Notes: generated from the letters alone by a model not told the origin. A DNA stretch of 64,000 nucleotides from Candidatus Brocadiia bacterium (GCA_046538415.1 JBKHIY010000010.1:2033-66032), one strand, 5' to 3'; counted from the stretch's first letter, positions 37,750-55,454 are shown. Numbers and translations: made by a program.

Positions 37750-38103
37750 CTACAACACCACCGGGATCACAGTACCGCAGCGGACGCACACGCGGACCTT
37801 CCTGCCCTCGCGGCGCTCCAGGCGCACGCGGGTTCCTCGGTGGCACTTGTCGCAGAAAAGAGCCACGTTGGAGGCGTCCACGGGGGCTTCCTGTTGCACG
37901 CGACCGCCGCGGGGGTTGTCGGGGCCGGGCCGTACGTGGCGCCAGCGGTAGTTGGCGTTCTGGAGGACCACCTTGTTCGTCTCGGGCATGGCCATCAGCA
38001 CGCGGGTGCGCTCGCCCTTCTCGGAGACGGGCGTGCCCTCGGCGTTGCTGCACGAGGTGATGTCCTTGAGGAGCACGATGCTGTCGTTTTTTCGGATGAC
38101 CAT
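37750..38103 (-). CDS. rplX: 50S ribosomal protein L24 (divergent)
   Basis: Between rplN and rplE; RHVRP...PRGG....EAP.DASNV. Confidence 0.85.
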   Translation of the reverse strand: MVIRKNDSIVLLKDITSCSNAEGTPVSEKGERTRVLMAMPETNKVVLQNANYRWRHVRPGPDNPRGGRVQQEAPVDASNVALFCDKCHRGTRVRLERREGRKVRVCVRCGTVIPVVL

Positions 38104-38121
38104 GGGGCCTCTCCTGGGCGG

Positions 38122-38490
38122 TCAGACGACTTCCGCCGCCAGCGAGATGATCTTGGTGAACTGCTTGTGTCGGAGCTCCCGGGCCACCGCTCCGAAGATG
38201 CGGGTGCCGCGGGGGTTCTGCTCGCTATCGATGAGGACCACGGCGTTGCGGTCGAACCGCACGGAGGAGCCGTCGTCGCGTCGCAGGCCGCTGCGGGAGC
38301 GGACCACGACGCCTCGGCACACCTCTCCCTCCTTGATGGAGCCGCCGGGCAGGGCCTTCTTGACGCTCACCACGACGATATCGCCGATGTTGGCGTAGCG
38401 GTGCTTGGAGCCGCCGAGCACCTTGATGCAGGAGACCACCTTGGCGCCGGTGTTGTCGGCCACGTCGAGCTTGGTCTGCATCTGGATCAT
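38122..38490 (-). CDS. rplN: 50S ribosomal protein L14
   Basis: [29 protein letters not shown]. Confidence 0.97.
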   Translation of the reverse strand: MIQMQTKLDVADNTGAKVVSCIKVLGGSKHRYANIGDIVVVSVKKALPGGSIKEGEVCRGVVVRSRSGLRRDDGSSVRFDRNAVVLIDSEQNPRGTRIFGAVARELRHKQFTKIISLAAEVV

Positions 38491-38756
38491 GGGCTCTGAG
38501 CTCCCCGGGCCGGCTCCAGGATGTCCACCAGGCGCCAGCGCTTGGTCTTGCTCAGGGGGCGGGTCTCCATGATGCTCACCTTGTCGCCCACGCGTGCCTG
38601 GTTGTTCTCGTCGTGGGCCACGTAGCGGGTGTAGGCGCGAATGTACTTGTGGTATCGGGGATGGAGGACGCGTCGTTCGGCCTCGACGGTGATGGTCTTG
38701 TCCATCTTGTCGCTTCTGACGATGCCGATGGCGATCTTGCGCCGTCCTCGGTTCAC
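38487..38756 (-). CDS. rpsQ: 30S ribosomal protein S17
   Basis: [24 protein letters not shown]. Confidence 0.96.
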   Translation of the reverse strand: MNRGRRKIAIGIVRSDKMDKTITVEAERRVLHPRYHKYIRAYTRYVAHDENNQARVGDKVSIMETRPLSKTKRWRLVDILEPARGAQSP

Positions 38757-38953
38757 GACGTGGCCTCCACTTCGCGCTCGTGGAGGATGGTCTTGATGCG
38801 TGCGATCTCGCGTCGGGTCTGGCCCACAAGCGCGGGGTTTTCGAGTTGCTCGGTTCCCGCCTGGTAGCGGAGGTTGAAGAGCTCTTTCATCCTGTCCTCG
38901 TATTCTCGGAGCAGCTCCTCGTCGCTGAGCCGCCGCAGTTCGCTGGCCTTCAT
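38753..38953 (-). CDS. rpmC: 50S ribosomal protein L29
   Basis: [15 protein letters not shown]. Confidence 0.93.
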   Translation of the reverse strand: MKASELRRLSDEELLREYEDRMKELFNLRYQAGTEQLENPALVGQTRREIARIKTILHEREVEATS

Positions 38954-39369
38954 ATCTTGTGTCTCCGGTGGACGAACCGCGTGCGGATGGGCATCTTGCG
39001 TGCGGTGCGGCAGAAGGCCTGCTTGGCCAGCTCCTCGGGCACGCCGCCCACCTCGTAGAGGATGGTGCCGGGCTTGACCACGGCCACCCAGTGGTCGGGC
39101 TCGCCTTTGCCCTTGCCCATGCGGGTCTCCAGGGGCTTGGCGGAGACCGGCTTGTGGGGGAAGATCCGCAGGTAGAGCTTGCCCTCGTGGGCCAGGAAGT
39201 GGGAGGCGGCCACGCGGCCGGCCTCGATCTGGCGCCCGGTGATCCAGCCCGGCTCGAGGGCCTGGAGCCCGAATTCGCCGAAGGCCACCGTGTTGCCGCG
39301 CGAGGCCTTGCCTCTAATCCTGCCCCGCTGGCTCTTGCGGTGCTTCACCCGCTTCGGCATGAGCGGCAC
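38950..39369 (-). CDS. rplP: 50S ribosomal protein L16
   Basis: [15 protein letters not shown]. Confidence 0.96.
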   Translation of the reverse strand: MPLMPKRVKHRKSQRGRIRGKASRGNTVAFGEFGLQALEPGWITGRQIEAGRVAASHFLAHEGKLYLRIFPHKPVSAKPLETRMGKGKGEPDHWVAVVKPGTILYEVGGVPEELAKQAFCRTARKMPIRTRFVHRRHKI

Positions 39370-40009
39370 TGCGAGTCTCCTTCTCGGGCCTCACCCCGCG
39401 ATAGACCCACACCTTGACGCCGATGTGGCCGTAGGTGGTCTTCGCTTCCGTGAAGCCGTAGCTGATGTCGGCCCGGAGGGTGTGGAGGGGGATTTCGCCG
39501 GCCACCAGGCGCTCGCTGCGGGCGATCTCGGTGCCGCCCAGGCGCCCGGAGATTTCGATCTTGACCCCCTTGGCTCCGGCCTGCATGGTGGTGTCGGCCG
39601 CCTTCTTGAGCACGCGGCGGAAGGGGGAGCGCTTCTCCAGCTGCTCCCGAATCCCTTCGGCCACCAGCTGGGCCTCCAGCTCCGGCTCGGCGACCTCGTT
39701 GATCTTGATCTGCACCTCGCGGCCCACCACGTCCTCCAGCTCGCCCTTGAGGCGGTCGATCTCGGCGCCCTTGCGGCCGATGATGATGCCCGGGCGGGCG
39801 GTGTGGAGGATCACCTTCACCTGCTCGCGGGTGCGTTCGATGTCGATGCGGGGGATGCCCGCGTAGTAGTAGTGGCTCTTGATGTAGTTTCGGATCTGGG
39901 CGTCCTCCACCACGCAGCGCCCGAAATCCTTCTTGCCCGCGTACCACCGCGAGCGCCACCCTTCGGTGATGCCGATCCGCAGGCCGATGGGGTTCACCTT
40001 GTGTCCCAT
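39314..40009 (-). CDS. rpsC: 30S ribosomal protein S3
   Basis: [35 protein letters not shown]. Confidence 0.96.
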   Translation of the reverse strand: MGHKVNPIGLRIGITEGWRSRWYAGKKDFGRCVVEDAQIRNYIKSHYYYAGIPRIDIERTREQVKVILHTARPGIIIGRKGAEIDRLKGELEDVVGREVQIKINEVAEPELEAQLVAEGIREQLEKRSPFRRVLKKAADTTMQAGAKGVKIEISGRLGGTEIARSERLVAGEIPLHTLRADISYGFTEAKTTYGHIGVKVWVYRGVRPEKETRSAAHAEAGEAPQEPAGQD

Positions 40010-40020
40010 GGGGCTCCACC

Positions 40021-40383
40021 CTATCCTTCCGTGTCCGCGCCGTCGCTGAGCACGACGGTGATGTGGCAGCTACGCTTGCGAATGATGTTGGCCCGCCCCA
40101 TGCTGCGGGGCCTCAGGCGGCGGAGGGCGGGGCCGTTGTCCACACGTGCGTTCTTGACGAAGAACTCGTCCTCGTCGAAGGCCGCGTCCTTCTCCTGGGC
40201 GTTGGCCCATGCGGCCCGCACCAGCTTCCGCAGGAAGGAGGCGCCCCGGCGCTTCTCCAGGCCGAGCACGGTGAGGGCCTGGTTGAGGGGCATGCCCTGG
40301 ATCAGGCGCGCCAGGGGGCGCACCTTGGTGGGCGAGATGCGGGCGAATCGCAGTCGGGCCGCGAAGTCCATCCCGTCCTCCAT
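40021..40383 (-). CDS. rplV: 50S ribosomal protein L22
   Basis: SPTKVR, VDNGP, PRSMGRA, HITV; start may be 40371. Confidence 0.93.
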   Translation of the reverse strand: MEDGMDFAARLRFARISPTKVRPLARLIQGMPLNQALTVLGLEKRRGASFLRKLVRAAWANAQEKDAAFDEDEFFVKNARVDNGPALRRLRPRSMGRANIIRKRSCHITVVLSDGADTEG

Positions 40384-40390
40384 CCCTCCC

Positions 40391-40657
40391 TCAGCGCCTG
40401 CGACCGCCGTGGCCGCGGAACGTGCGGGTGGGCGCGAACTCCCCGAGCTTGTGGCCCACCATGTTCTCGGTGACGAACACCCGCAGGTGGGTCTTCCCGT
40501 TGTGCACGAGGAAGGTGTGGCCCACGAACTCGGGCACGATGGTGCAGGCCCGTGCCCAGGTCCGGATCGGCTGGAGGTCTCTGGTCTGTTTCTGGACCTC
40601 CACCTTGCGGAGGAGTTTCTGCTGGACGTAGGGGCCTTTCTTTACGGATCGCGACAT
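40391..40657 (-). CDS. rpsS: 30S ribosomal protein S19
   Basis: [22 protein letters not shown]. Confidence 0.97.
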   Translation of the reverse strand: MSRSVKKGPYVQQKLLRKVEVQKQTRDLQPIRTWARACTIVPEFVGHTFLVHNGKTHLRVFVTENMVGHKLGEFAPTRTFRGHGGRRR

Positions 40658-40675
40658 GGTCGCGTGCCTCCGTGG

Positions 40676-41521
40676 CTATCCTCGGCGCCGCTTTCTCTTC
40701 GTTCGGCGGCGAACGATCATGATATCGGCGGGGTTCCGCCGCTTACGGGTCTTCCCGCCCTTGGCCGGCTTGCCCCAGGGCGAGCAAGGATGGCGTCCCC
40801 CCGAGCTGCGGCCTTCGCCGCCGCCCATGGGGTGGGCCACCGGGTTCTGGGCCACGCCACGCACCCGGGGACGGCGGCCGAGCCACCGGTTGCGGCCCGC
40901 CTTGCCCAGGGAGACGGCGGCGTGTTCGGCGTTGCTCACGCGCCCGATGGTGGCCCGGCACCGCAGGAGCACTTTGCGCACTTCCCCGGAGGGCATCACC
41001 ACGTGGGCGTAGTCGCCCTCCTTGGCGGTGATCTGGCCGGCGATGCCCGCGGAGCGGACGAGCTGGCCGCCCCGACCGGGCCGCAGCTCGATATTGTGGA
41101 TGGGCACGCCGCCGGGGATGTGGGCCAGGGCCATGGCGTTGCCGGTGCGGGGCTCCACCTTCTCGCCGGCGACCACGGTGTCGCCCACGCGCAGCCCCCT
41201 GGGGGCGAGGATGTAGCGCTTCTCGCCGTCGGCGTAGAAGAGCAGGGCGATACGGGCCGAGCGGTTGGGGTCGTACTCCAGGGCGGCCACCGTGGCGGGC
41301 ACCCCGTCCTTGTCGCGTCGGAAGTCGATGATCCGGTACCGCCGCTTGTGTCCCCCGCCCCGGCGGCGCGAGGTGATGCGCCCGCCGCTGTTGCGCCCGC
41401 CGCTCTTCTTCAGGGGGGCGAGGAGCGGCTTGTGGGGCTTCTTCCTGGCGATCCCCGCGAAGTCGTCCAGCTCCGTGAAGCGGCTGGAGGGCGTCGTGGG
41501 TCGTCGTTTTCGCGTGGCCAT
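40676..41521 (-). CDS. rplB: 50S ribosomal protein L2
   Basis: [27 protein letters not shown]. Confidence 0.97.
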   Translation of the reverse strand: MATRKRRPTTPSSRFTELDDFAGIARKKPHKPLLAPLKKSGGRNSGGRITSRRRGGGHKRRYRIIDFRRDKDGVPATVAALEYDPNRSARIALLFYADGEKRYILAPRGLRVGDTVVAGEKVEPRTGNAMALAHIPGGVPIHNIELRPGRGGQLVRSAGIAGQITAKEGDYAHVVMPSGEVRKVLLRCRATIGRVSNAEHAAVSLGKAGRNRWLGRRPRVRGVAQNPVAHPMGGGEGRSSGGRHPCSPWGKPAKGGKTRKRRNPADIMIVRRRTKRKRRRG

Positions 41522-41546
41522 GGGACTTCTTCTCTCTGGGCGGTCG

Positions 41547-41828
41547 TCAGATGTCGAGGCTGCTTTCCTCGGAGATGAACACCAGGGCACGCTTCCACGA
41601 GCGCGTCTGGCCGCTCTTGTAGCGCAGGCGCCGCTCCTTGCCCTTACGGTTCATGGTTCGCACGGCGACCACCTTCACGTTGTCGAAAAGCTGCTCGATG
41701 GCTTTCCGAATCTCAATCTTGTTGGCGTCGGACGCCACCTCGAAGGGGTAGGCCCGGACGCGCTCCTTGAGAATCTCGCCCTTCTCGTTGAGCAGGGGCC
41801 GCAGGATCACCTCTCTGGGGTCGCGCAT
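41547..41828 (-). CDS. rplW: 50S ribosomal protein L23
   Basis: ANKIEI.KAIE.LF, VRTMN, WKRA. Confidence 0.93.
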   Translation of the reverse strand: MRDPREVILRPLLNEKGEILKERVRAYPFEVASDANKIEIRKAIEQLFDNVKVVAVRTMNRKGKERRLRYKSGQTRSWKRALVFISEESSLDI

Positions 41829-41836
41829 GACAGCAC

Positions 41837-42541
41837 CTATTCGGCCTCTTCGGCCTGCTCAGCCGGGGGCTCCCCGGCGGCCCCCGTCTCGGCGTCGGCC
41901 GCGGCCTGGGCCGGCTCCTCGCCGCGCAGCGACTGGAGCAGGGCCTCCAGGGCGGGCCGCGTGATCAGGAGCTGGCGGTGGCGGAGCAAGTCGTAGGCGT
42001 TCACCTCTCGCACAGGCTTCATGGCCACGCCGGGGATGTTGCGGGCCGACTTCCACAGGTCGGCGTCGTAGCTCTCGATGGCGATGAGACAATCGCCGCC
42101 GATGCCCAGTGCCCGCAGCACGGCCGCCACCTCGCGGGTGCGCGGCCCTTCCACGCCCATCTCGTCCACCACAGTGGTCCCGTCGCGGAACCTGGCCAGG
42201 TAGGCGGAACGGGTAGCCAGGCGCACGGCCTTGCGGGGCACGGCCTGGCGATAGTCGCGGGGCTTGGGCCCGAAGGTCACCCCGCCGCCCCGCCAGATGG
42301 GCGAGGCGCGGGTGCCGGCCCGGGCCCGCCCGGTGCCCTTCTGGCGCCAGGGCTTGGCCCCCGAGGCTCTGACCTCGGCCCGGGTGCGAACGCTGGCGGT
42401 GCCCACCCGGCGGTTGGCCTCGTACATGAGGACCACCTGGCGGAGCAGCCCGTGGCGCACCGTGCCTCCGAAGTCGGCCTCGTCGATGGCCACGGTGCCC
42501 ACCGTCTGGCCTTCGCGGTTGTGCACGGGCAGCTCGATCAT
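41837..42541 (-). CDS. rplD: 50S ribosomal protein L4
   Basis: KPWRQKGTGRARAG, GGG..FGP.PR, SARNIP. Confidence 0.96.
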   Translation of the reverse strand: MIELPVHNREGQTVGTVAIDEADFGGTVRHGLLRQVVLMYEANRRVGTASVRTRAEVRASGAKPWRQKGTGRARAGTRASPIWRGGGVTFGPKPRDYRQAVPRKAVRLATRSAYLARFRDGTTVVDEMGVEGPRTREVAAVLRALGIGGDCLIAIESYDADLWKSARNIPGVAMKPVREVNAYDLLRHRQLLITRPALEALLQSLRGEEPAQAAADAETGAAGEPPAEQAEEAE

Positions 42542-43230
42542 GCCTTCTTCCCTGCCGCGTAGCGCGCCGAGGGCCGCACGAGCACGTATCCGCCCGAGGG
42601 CCCGGGCACGGCGCCGCATACCACCAGGAGGTTGTGCTCGGGGTCCACGCGGAGGACCTGGAGGTTTTTCTCGGTGCGGCGGGCGTTGCCCATGTGGCCG
42701 GGCATCCTGCTGCCGGGGAACACTCTGGAGGGCGAGGCGGACTGGCCGATGGAGCCCGGGCGGCGGATGTTCATGGACCCGTGGCTCTCCGGGCCGCGGC
42801 TGAAGCCGTGGCGTTTGACGGTGCCCTGGAAGCCCCGGCCCTTGGTCGTGCCCGTGACGTCCACGTGGCTCACCTCGGCCCAGACCTCCACCGTGAGCTC
42901 CTGGCCCAGCTCGAATTGGTCGCCGGGCTCCACCCCGACTTCGCGGACGAAGCGCCGGGGCGCGGTGCCCGCCTTGCGGGCGTGGCCCAGCTCGGCCTTC
43001 GAGGCGCCCCGCCGCTCCACGGGCTGTCGAGGCTCGCCCTTGCCGTGCTTGCGGCGGAACTTCTTGTGGCCGAAGCCCAGTTGCACGGCGTCGTAGCCGT
43101 CGCTGTCCTGGCTCTTGACCTGGAGGACCACGCAGGGGCCCACCTCGAGCACGGTGGCGGGGCGGAGGGTCTCCTGGTCGTCCCACATCTGGGTCATCCC
43201 GATTTTTCGGCCTAGCAAGCCTTGGACCAT
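42538..43230 (-). CDS. rplC: 50S ribosomal protein L3
   Basis: [29 protein letters not shown]. Confidence 0.96.
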   Translation of the reverse strand: MVQGLLGRKIGMTQMWDDQETLRPATVLEVGPCVVLQVKSQDSDGYDAVQLGFGHKKFRRKHGKGEPRQPVERRGASKAELGHARKAGTAPRRFVREVGVEPGDQFELGQELTVEVWAEVSHVDVTGTTKGRGFQGTVKRHGFSRGPESHGSMNIRRPGSIGQSASPSRVFPGSRMPGHMGNARRTEKNLQVLRVDPEHNLLVVCGAVPGPSGGYVLVRPSARYAAGKKA

Positions 43231-43235
43231 GGGGC

Positions 43236-43544
43236 TCAGGCCTTTATCTTGATGTCCACGCCGGCGGGCATCACCAGCCGGTGGAGTGCGTCGACGGTCT
43301 GGGCCGTGGGCTCTTCGATATCGATGATCCGCTTGTGGGTGCGGATCTCGAACTGTTCGCGCGACTTCTTGTCGATGTGCGGCGAGCGCAGCACGGTGTA
43401 TCGCTCGACGCGGGTCGGGAGGGGGACGGGGCCGAAGACCTTGGCGCCGCTGCGCTTGACCGCCTCGACGATCTGGCGTGCGGAGTCGTCCAGGACCTCG
43501 TGGTCGTAGGCCTCCATTCGAATACGCACCCTCTGCTCAGCCAT
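43236..43544 (-). CDS. rpsJ: 30S ribosomal protein S10
   Basis: [34 protein letters not shown]. Confidence 0.97.
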   Translation of the reverse strand: MAEQRVRIRMEAYDHEVLDDSARQIVEAVKRSGAKVFGPVPLPTRVERYTVLRSPHIDKKSREQFEIRTHKRIIDIEEPTAQTVDALHRLVMPAGVDIKIKA

Positions 43545-43610
43545 CGAGTTGGCTCCAAACCGCCTCAAGAAGCCCGGTGAAGGGGGTTTACGCGGGCGCT
43601 AGAAACTCAG

Positions 43611-43639
43611 ATTATACGTTTCGAGCGTCGCCCTGTCAA
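43611..43639 (-). promoter_or_regulatory. Perfect-consensus sigma70 promoter of the S10 operon
   Basis: TTGACA-N17-TATAAT on the - strand. Confidence 0.9.
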
Positions 43640-43730
43640 GCCAAATTCCGCCCTCTTGGGGCCAAATCCCCTCCCCCAGCCTGTTTCTCCCCCCATCTCG
43701 TCCCGCCGGCGGGCCGGGCCGGGGCGTCCG

Positions 43731-45788
43731 CTACAAGAGCATCGACTCCGCCACCTGCTCGGGCACCGGGAGGTACTCCAGGGGCTCCATGGTGAAGGTG
43801 GCGCGGCCCTGGCTGATGGAGCGGAGGGCCGTGGCATAGCCGAACATGGTGGACAGGGGCACCTTGCCCGAGAGCACGTAGACGCCGCTGCGGATGCTCT
43901 GCTCCTCGATCTCGGCTCGCCGGGCATTGAGGTCGGTGATCACGTCGCCCAGGTGGGCCTTGGGCACCATGACCTCGATGCGCATCCAGGGCTCGAGGAG
44001 GGCCATTCCCGCCTCCTCGGCGCCCTGGCGGAAGGCCCTGGCGGCGGCGGCGGCGAAGGCGCCCTCGCTGGACTCGTTGGGGCGCGCCTGCCCGCCCGCC
44101 ACCGTGGCTTCCACCCCCACCACGGGATAGCCGGCCAGGACGCCGGCGCAGGCGGCGCCCTGGATGCCGTCCTCCACGGCGGGCCGGAACTCGCGGGGCA
44201 CGTCCTCGGGCGAGGCCTGGAAGTCCACCTCCACGCTCCTGGAGCCGCGCACGGGGCGCAGGTGCAGGGCCACGTGGGCGTACTGGGGCTTTCCGCCCGC
44301 CGGCTGCTGGTAGGTGCCCTGGCAGTCCACGGCTCGGAGGATGGTCTCCTTGTAGGAGACCCGGGGCTTGCCCACGTTGGCGTCGACGTGGAAGTCGCTG
44401 AGCATGCGCTTCTTGAGCACCTGGAGGTGGAGCTCTCCCATGCCCGATATGATGGTCTGTCCGGTCTCGGGGTCCACGCGGCGGCGGAAGGTGGGGTCTT
44501 CGCGCTGGAGGCGGTCGAGCACGTCGCCGAGGCGGTCGCGCTCGGCGCTGCTCTTGGGCTCGATGGCCATGTCGATCACGGTGTCGGGGAAGGTGGCGGG
44601 CTCCAGGACCACGGGGTGGCGGGGGTCGCACAGGGTGTCGCCGGTGGCCGCCTCCTTGAGGCCGGTCACGGCCACGATGTCGCCGGCCACGGCCTCGTCG
44701 ATGCTGGTCCGCTCGTTGGCGTACATTCGGAACAGGTGGGTGACCCGCTCGCGCTCGCCGCAGCGGACGTTGAGGAGCTGGTCGCGGGTGCCCAGGGCGC
44801 CGGCGTAGACCCGGAGGTAGTAGATGTCGCCGTGCTCGTCGGAGGCGATCTTGAAGACCAGGGCCAGGGTGTGGCCCTTCTCGCTGGTCTTGCGCTCGAT
44901 GGCCTCGCCGGTCTTGGGGTGCACGCCTCGCACCGGGGGCGCGTCGAGGGGCGAGGGGAGGAAGTCGCACACGGCGTCGAGCACGGCCTGGACGCCGATG
45001 TTGCGGAGGGAGGAGCCGCAGAGGACGGGCACCAGGTGGTTGGCCAGGGTGGCCTGGCGGATGGCCTGGCGCAGCTCGTCCTCGCCGATGGGCTGTTCCT
45101 CGAGGTATTTCTCCATGATGGCGTCGGAGTGTTCGGCGAGGGTGTGGAGGAGGTCGTCGCGTCGGATCTCGGCCAGCTCGCGGGCCTCCTCGGGGATGGG
45201 CTCGTCGCGGTAGCTGGCCCCGTAGGCGTGGGGGTCGTGAAAGCGGCAGCGCATGGCGACCAGGTCGATGACGGCGCGGAAGTCGGCCCCGCTGCCCAGG
45301 GGCATCTGGATGGGCAGGGGCACGGCCTTGAGGCGCTGGCGCACCATGCCCACGGCCTTCTCGAAGTCCGCCCCCACGCGGTCCATCTTGTTCAGGTAGA
45401 CCAGGCGGGGCACGCGGTAGCGGTCGGCCTGGCGCCACACGGTCTCGCTCTGGGCCTGGACGCCGGCGACGGCGTCGAGGATGACCACGGCGCCGTCGAG
45501 CACTCGCAGGGAGCGCTCCACCTCCGCCGTGAAATCCACGTGGCCGGGGGTATCGATGATGTTGATCTCGTGGTCCTGCCAGGGGCAGGTGACGGCGGCG
45601 GAGGTGATGGTGATGCCCCGTTGCCGCTCCTCTTCCATCCAGTCGGTGACCGTAGTGCCGTCGTCCACGTCGCCCAGGCGGTGCTCGAGCCCGCTGTAGA
45701 AGAGGATGCGCTCGGTGGTGGTGGTCTTGCCCGCGTCGATGTGGGCGATGACCCCGATGTTGCGCTTGTGGGCCAGGTCGACGGCCAT
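43731..45788 (-). CDS. fusA: Elongation factor G (divergent domain IV)
   Basis: AHIDAGKTT, RGITI, DTPGH, NKMD, EP.M..EV, S..FGY...LRS.SQGR; follows rpsG. Confidence 0.93.
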   Translation of the reverse strand: MAVDLAHKRNIGVIAHIDAGKTTTTERILFYSGLEHRLGDVDDGTTVTDWMEEERQRGITITSAAVTCPWQDHEINIIDTPGHVDFTAEVERSLRVLDGAVVILDAVAGVQAQSETVWRQADRYRVPRLVYLNKMDRVGADFEKAVGMVRQRLKAVPLPIQMPLGSGADFRAVIDLVAMRCRFHDPHAYGASYRDEPIPEEARELAEIRRDDLLHTLAEHSDAIMEKYLEEQPIGEDELRQAIRQATLANHLVPVLCGSSLRNIGVQAVLDAVCDFLPSPLDAPPVRGVHPKTGEAIERKTSEKGHTLALVFKIASDEHGDIYYLRVYAGALGTRDQLLNVRCGERERVTHLFRMYANERTSIDEAVAGDIVAVTGLKEAATGDTLCDPRHPVVLEPATFPDTVIDMAIEPKSSAERDRLGDVLDRLQREDPTFRRRVDPETGQTIISGMGELHLQVLKKRMLSDFHVDANVGKPRVSYKETILRAVDCQGTYQQPAGGKPQYAHVALHLRPVRGSRSVEVDFQASPEDVPREFRPAVEDGIQGAACAGVLAGYPVVGVEATVAGGQARPNESSEGAFAAAAARAFRQGAEEAGMALLEPWMRIEVMVPKAHLGDVITDLNARRAEIEEQSIRSGVYVLSGKVPLSTMFGYATALRSISQGRATFTMEPLEYLPVPEQVAESMLL

Positions 45789-45908
45789 GACGGCTCCGAC
45801 GGCATGAAAGAGAAGCTGACGGGGGAAGCCGGCCGACGCGTCCCGCGAGGGGGAGGCGATCGTCGGTGGCTTCTTCCGCTCAGCTTCCCATCGGAATGCC
45901 TCTCTGGT

Positions 45909-46382
45909 CTACCACGCGTAGTGGGCGAAGGCCTTGTTGGCCTCGGCCATGCGGTGCACGTTCTCCCGCTGGTTGGCCGCGTAGCCTTCGCGGCGGTGTG
46001 CGTCGATGAGCTCTTCGGCCAGGCGCACGTGCATGGGCCGGCCCTTGCGGCCCCGAGCGCCCTCCAGGATCCAGCGGAAGGCGAGGGCCTGCTGGCGACG
46101 GGGGCTCACGGGCACCGGCACCTGGTAGCTGGCCCCGCCGACCCGCCGCGACTTGACCTCGACGGAGGGACGGACGTTGCGGATGGCGGTCTCGAAGAAC
46201 TCCAGGAAGTCGACGCCCGGGTTCCGCTCCTCGACCATGTCCGCAGCCTTGTAGAAGACCCGCTCGGCCAGGCTCTTCTTGCCCTGCCGCATGATGCTGT
46301 TGATGAACTTGGCCACCAGGGTGCTGCGGTACTTGGGATCGGGCTTGAGGAAGCGTTCCGTCGATTCGAACTTCTTGGCCAT
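45909..46382 (-). CDS. rpsG: 30S ribosomal protein S7
   Basis: GKKS.AE, EVKSRRVGGA.YQVP, HRMAEANKAFAH. Confidence 0.97.
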   Translation of the reverse strand: MAKKFESTERFLKPDPKYRSTLVAKFINSIMRQGKKSLAERVFYKAADMVEERNPGVDFLEFFETAIRNVRPSVEVKSRRVGGASYQVPVPVSPRRQQALAFRWILEGARGRKGRPMHVRLAEELIDAHRREGYAANQRENVHRMAEANKAFAHYAW

Positions 46383-46411
46383 CGGGCGGCTCCCTTCGCT
46401 GGGATAAGGCC

Positions 46412-46783
46412 CTACTTGGGCTGCTTCGTGCCGTACTTGGAGCGGGAGCGTCGGCGGTCGCGCACGCCGGCGGCGTCCAGCGGCCCCCGCACGATGTGGT
46501 AGCGCACACCGGGGAGGTCGCGCACGCGGCCTCCGCGGACGAGCACAATGGAGTGCTCGTGGAGGTTGTGGCCTTCCCCCGGGATGTATGCGGTGACCTC
46601 GCGGCCGTTGCTCAGGCGCACGCGTGCGATCTTCCGCAGCGCGGAGTTCGGCTTCTTGGGCGTGCGGGTGGTCACCTGGAGGCACACCCCGCGCTTCTGG
46701 GGGCAGCCTTCGAGGGCCGGGCGCTTGCTCTTGCGGCGGCTTCGCTTGCGGCCTTTTCGGATGAGCTGGTTGGTTGTGGGCAT
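46412..46783 (-). CDS. rpsL: 30S ribosomal protein S12
   Basis: [24 protein letters not shown]. Confidence 0.97.
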   Translation of the reverse strand: MPTTNQLIRKGRKRSRRKSKRPALEGCPQKRGVCLQVTTRTPKKPNSALRKIARVRLSNGREVTAYIPGEGHNLHEHSIVLVRGGRVRDLPGVRYHIVRGPLDAAGVRDRRRSRSKYGTKQPK

Positions 46784-46801
46784 GGGGGCTCCTTGCGGCG
46801 A

Positions 46802-50977
<4,176 letters not shown>

Positions 50978-51062
50978 TTCGGATTCCTCCAGTGAGCCCT
51001 GAAACCACACGTCGCGCCCCGCCCCGGGGGCGGGGGGGCGCCACAGCGGGACGTCCGTCCCG

Positions 51063-54761
<3,699 letters not shown>

Positions 54762-54899
54762 CGGTTTCCCCCATGGGAACGGGGTGCTCGGAGGGTGGGC
54801 TGGCAGCCGCCTCGCGGCCCCGCCACATCGCGGGGCGGCGAGAGGGCCGCCACGGGGCTGCCCGCGGGCCGGGCCGCGTGGCCCGGGCCGCGGGAGGGC

Positions 54900-55361
54900 C
54901 TACTTGATTTCCACCGTGGCTCCGGCTTCCTCGAGGGCCGCCTTGACCTTCTCGGCCTCCTCCTTGTTCACGCCCTCCCGGACCGCCTTGGGCGCGGAGT
55001 CCACGAGGGCCTTGGCCTCCTTGAGGCCCAGGCCGCTGACCACCTGGCGTACGGCCTTGATGACCTGGATCTTCTTCTCGCCCACCTCGGTGAGGTGGAC
55101 GTCGAAGCTGGTCTTCTCCTCCTCCTCTTCGGCGGGCGCGGCGCCGGCCCCGGGGGCCGCGGCCACGGCCATGGGCGCGGCGGCGGTCACGCCGAACTTC
55201 TCCTCCAGGGCCTTGACCAGCCGGGACAGCTCCAGGGCCGGCATCTTCTCCACCAGCTCGACCACCTGCTGGGCTTCGGGGCTCAGCTCGGGCGCGGCGG
55301 GGGTCTCGGGGGCGGCCTCGGGGGCAGCTTCCTGGGCGGCGGCGGCGGCTTCTTCTGCCAT
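54900..55361 (-). CDS. rplL: 50S ribosomal protein L7/L12
   Basis: [26 protein letters not shown]. Confidence 0.96.
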   Translation of the reverse strand: MAEEAAAAAQEAAPEAAPETPAAPELSPEAQQVVELVEKMPALELSRLVKALEEKFGVTAAAPMAVAAAPGAGAAPAEEEEEKTSFDVHLTEVGEKKIQVIKAVRQVVSGLGLKEAKALVDSAPKAVREGVNKEEAEKVKAALEEAGATVEIK

Positions 55362-55454
55362 GATTCCTTCCTCCTTCGGGGTCTCGAAGCGGCCCGGCGT
55401 GGGGCCGCGACAGGGTGCGATCCGGTTGGCTCGTCGGTGCCCGGCGGGGAACGG

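Noticed and set aside
41837-43186. 449 aa L4 with a long N-terminus, and similar extended starts for rpsK, rpsM, rpsG, rplN, rplQ and rplF
   Set aside because: These are ORF-finder extensions into upstream genes; canonical starts with coupling or an RBS lie downstream.
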